Assembly: GCF_040938485.1 (NCBI RefSeq)
Contig: NW_027271242.1
Location: forward strand, 434,001-498,000
DNA length: 64,000 bases
From: Diadema antillarum
Taxonomy: Eukaryota
Reading direction: 5' to 3'
Of the stretch, positions 63,354 through 64,000 are shown piece after piece. The position numbers and the translations under genes are program-made. Numbering within the stretch: the first letter of the stretch is position 1; each line of letters begins with the position of its first letter. Under the pieces are notes generated by a model. That model had not been told where the DNA came from. It saw only the letters and a list, made by a program, of their open reading frames with translations, and did not search any database.

Positions 63354-64000
63354 AGGTACTGTTTACCATTGGGAGCAATGATTTTTAAAAATGTTCGAAT
63401 TATCACATTTCATGCATATGTGTAGGTCAGTTGTATCACAAAACATCCTACCATATAAACATTTTGCAATAAAGCCTGAAATATAAAGGAGATATCACTA
63501 TTTTCTCAATAAGCCGTAACTGTAGACAATTTTAATAGTCTGGAAACACTTCCGTTTTAACTCTTGTTCACATTTTGTATATTTAACAGTACTTAACATT
63601 GATTAAATGTATACTGATTAACTTGTTTACACTGGTTATTTCTACCCCTAACTCACATTTTAGAACTACTTTGAATCATTAAAGCTGGGTTTTTGTTTCA
63701 TCTGCAAATGGTAAACAATGCCTTTTTAAAAGTAGCCTGAAAGGGAGAAACACCCAGCAATAATGTCAAATCATCAGTGGGAGACTAAATCTTGAATGTA
63801 CAGTTTTGCAAGAAGACTGTCAGCAATTTAGAAAATGGAATGAAATATTCAGACCAGGAAGAAAGCTAAACAATGAAAAAAAAATATTTGTGGTCACCAG
63901 AAAGGGAGAGTTTTTGTGTGTCAAATTTGATTTTTTGTTTTGTTTTTTGGTGCAACCAGATTTGGAAAAATTAGTGGACAAAGAAGATGTGGCACAGGCA
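63354..64000. mobile_element. Probable Kolobok-type element, partial (right end not seen)
   Basis: TTGA|AGGTACTGTTTACCATTGGGA start resembles the TTAA|AGG termini of the other copies. No matching right TIR in the window. Confidence 0.3.

Overview
This is eukaryotic (animal) genomic DNA with spliced genes. The repeat landscape and intron style suggest a marine invertebrate deuterostome such as a sea urchin (inference, not proven). I reconstructed four intron-containing genes by hand from splice sites and reading-frame continuity. (1) RBM45, minus strand, exons 1-5, running off the left edge. (2) A complete 13-exon family I inorganic pyrophosphatase, minus strand, 8936-27153, with an in-frame 48-aa mitochondrial-type presequence ahead of a second, cytosolic-type Met. 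(3) A complete 19-coding-exon ACSL1/5/6-type long-chain acyl-CoA synthetase, minus strand, 33839-57908, about 667 aa, intact but with substitutions in several normally near-invariant motifs, a GC-AG last intron and exons that begin with 5' splice-site sequence. (4) The first two coding exons of a CCDC177-like gene, plus strand, from 61974. Introns and intergenic DNA hold many non-autonomous DNA transposons (hAT-, Kolobok-, piggyBac-, pogo-, Harbinger- and Helentron-type), a rearranged tRNA-derived SINE, microsatellites and a 173-N assembly gap. I found no CRISPR array, rRNA, bona fide tRNA gene or autonomous transposase, and no clear-cut new multi-gene system. The best leads are the divergent ACSL paralog and its splicing features, the dual-targeted pyrophosphatase, a lineage-specific Arg/aromatic repeat in RBM45 and a sharp CpG-depletion mosaic across the genes. 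All coordinates and counts were made by eye and need computational confirmation.
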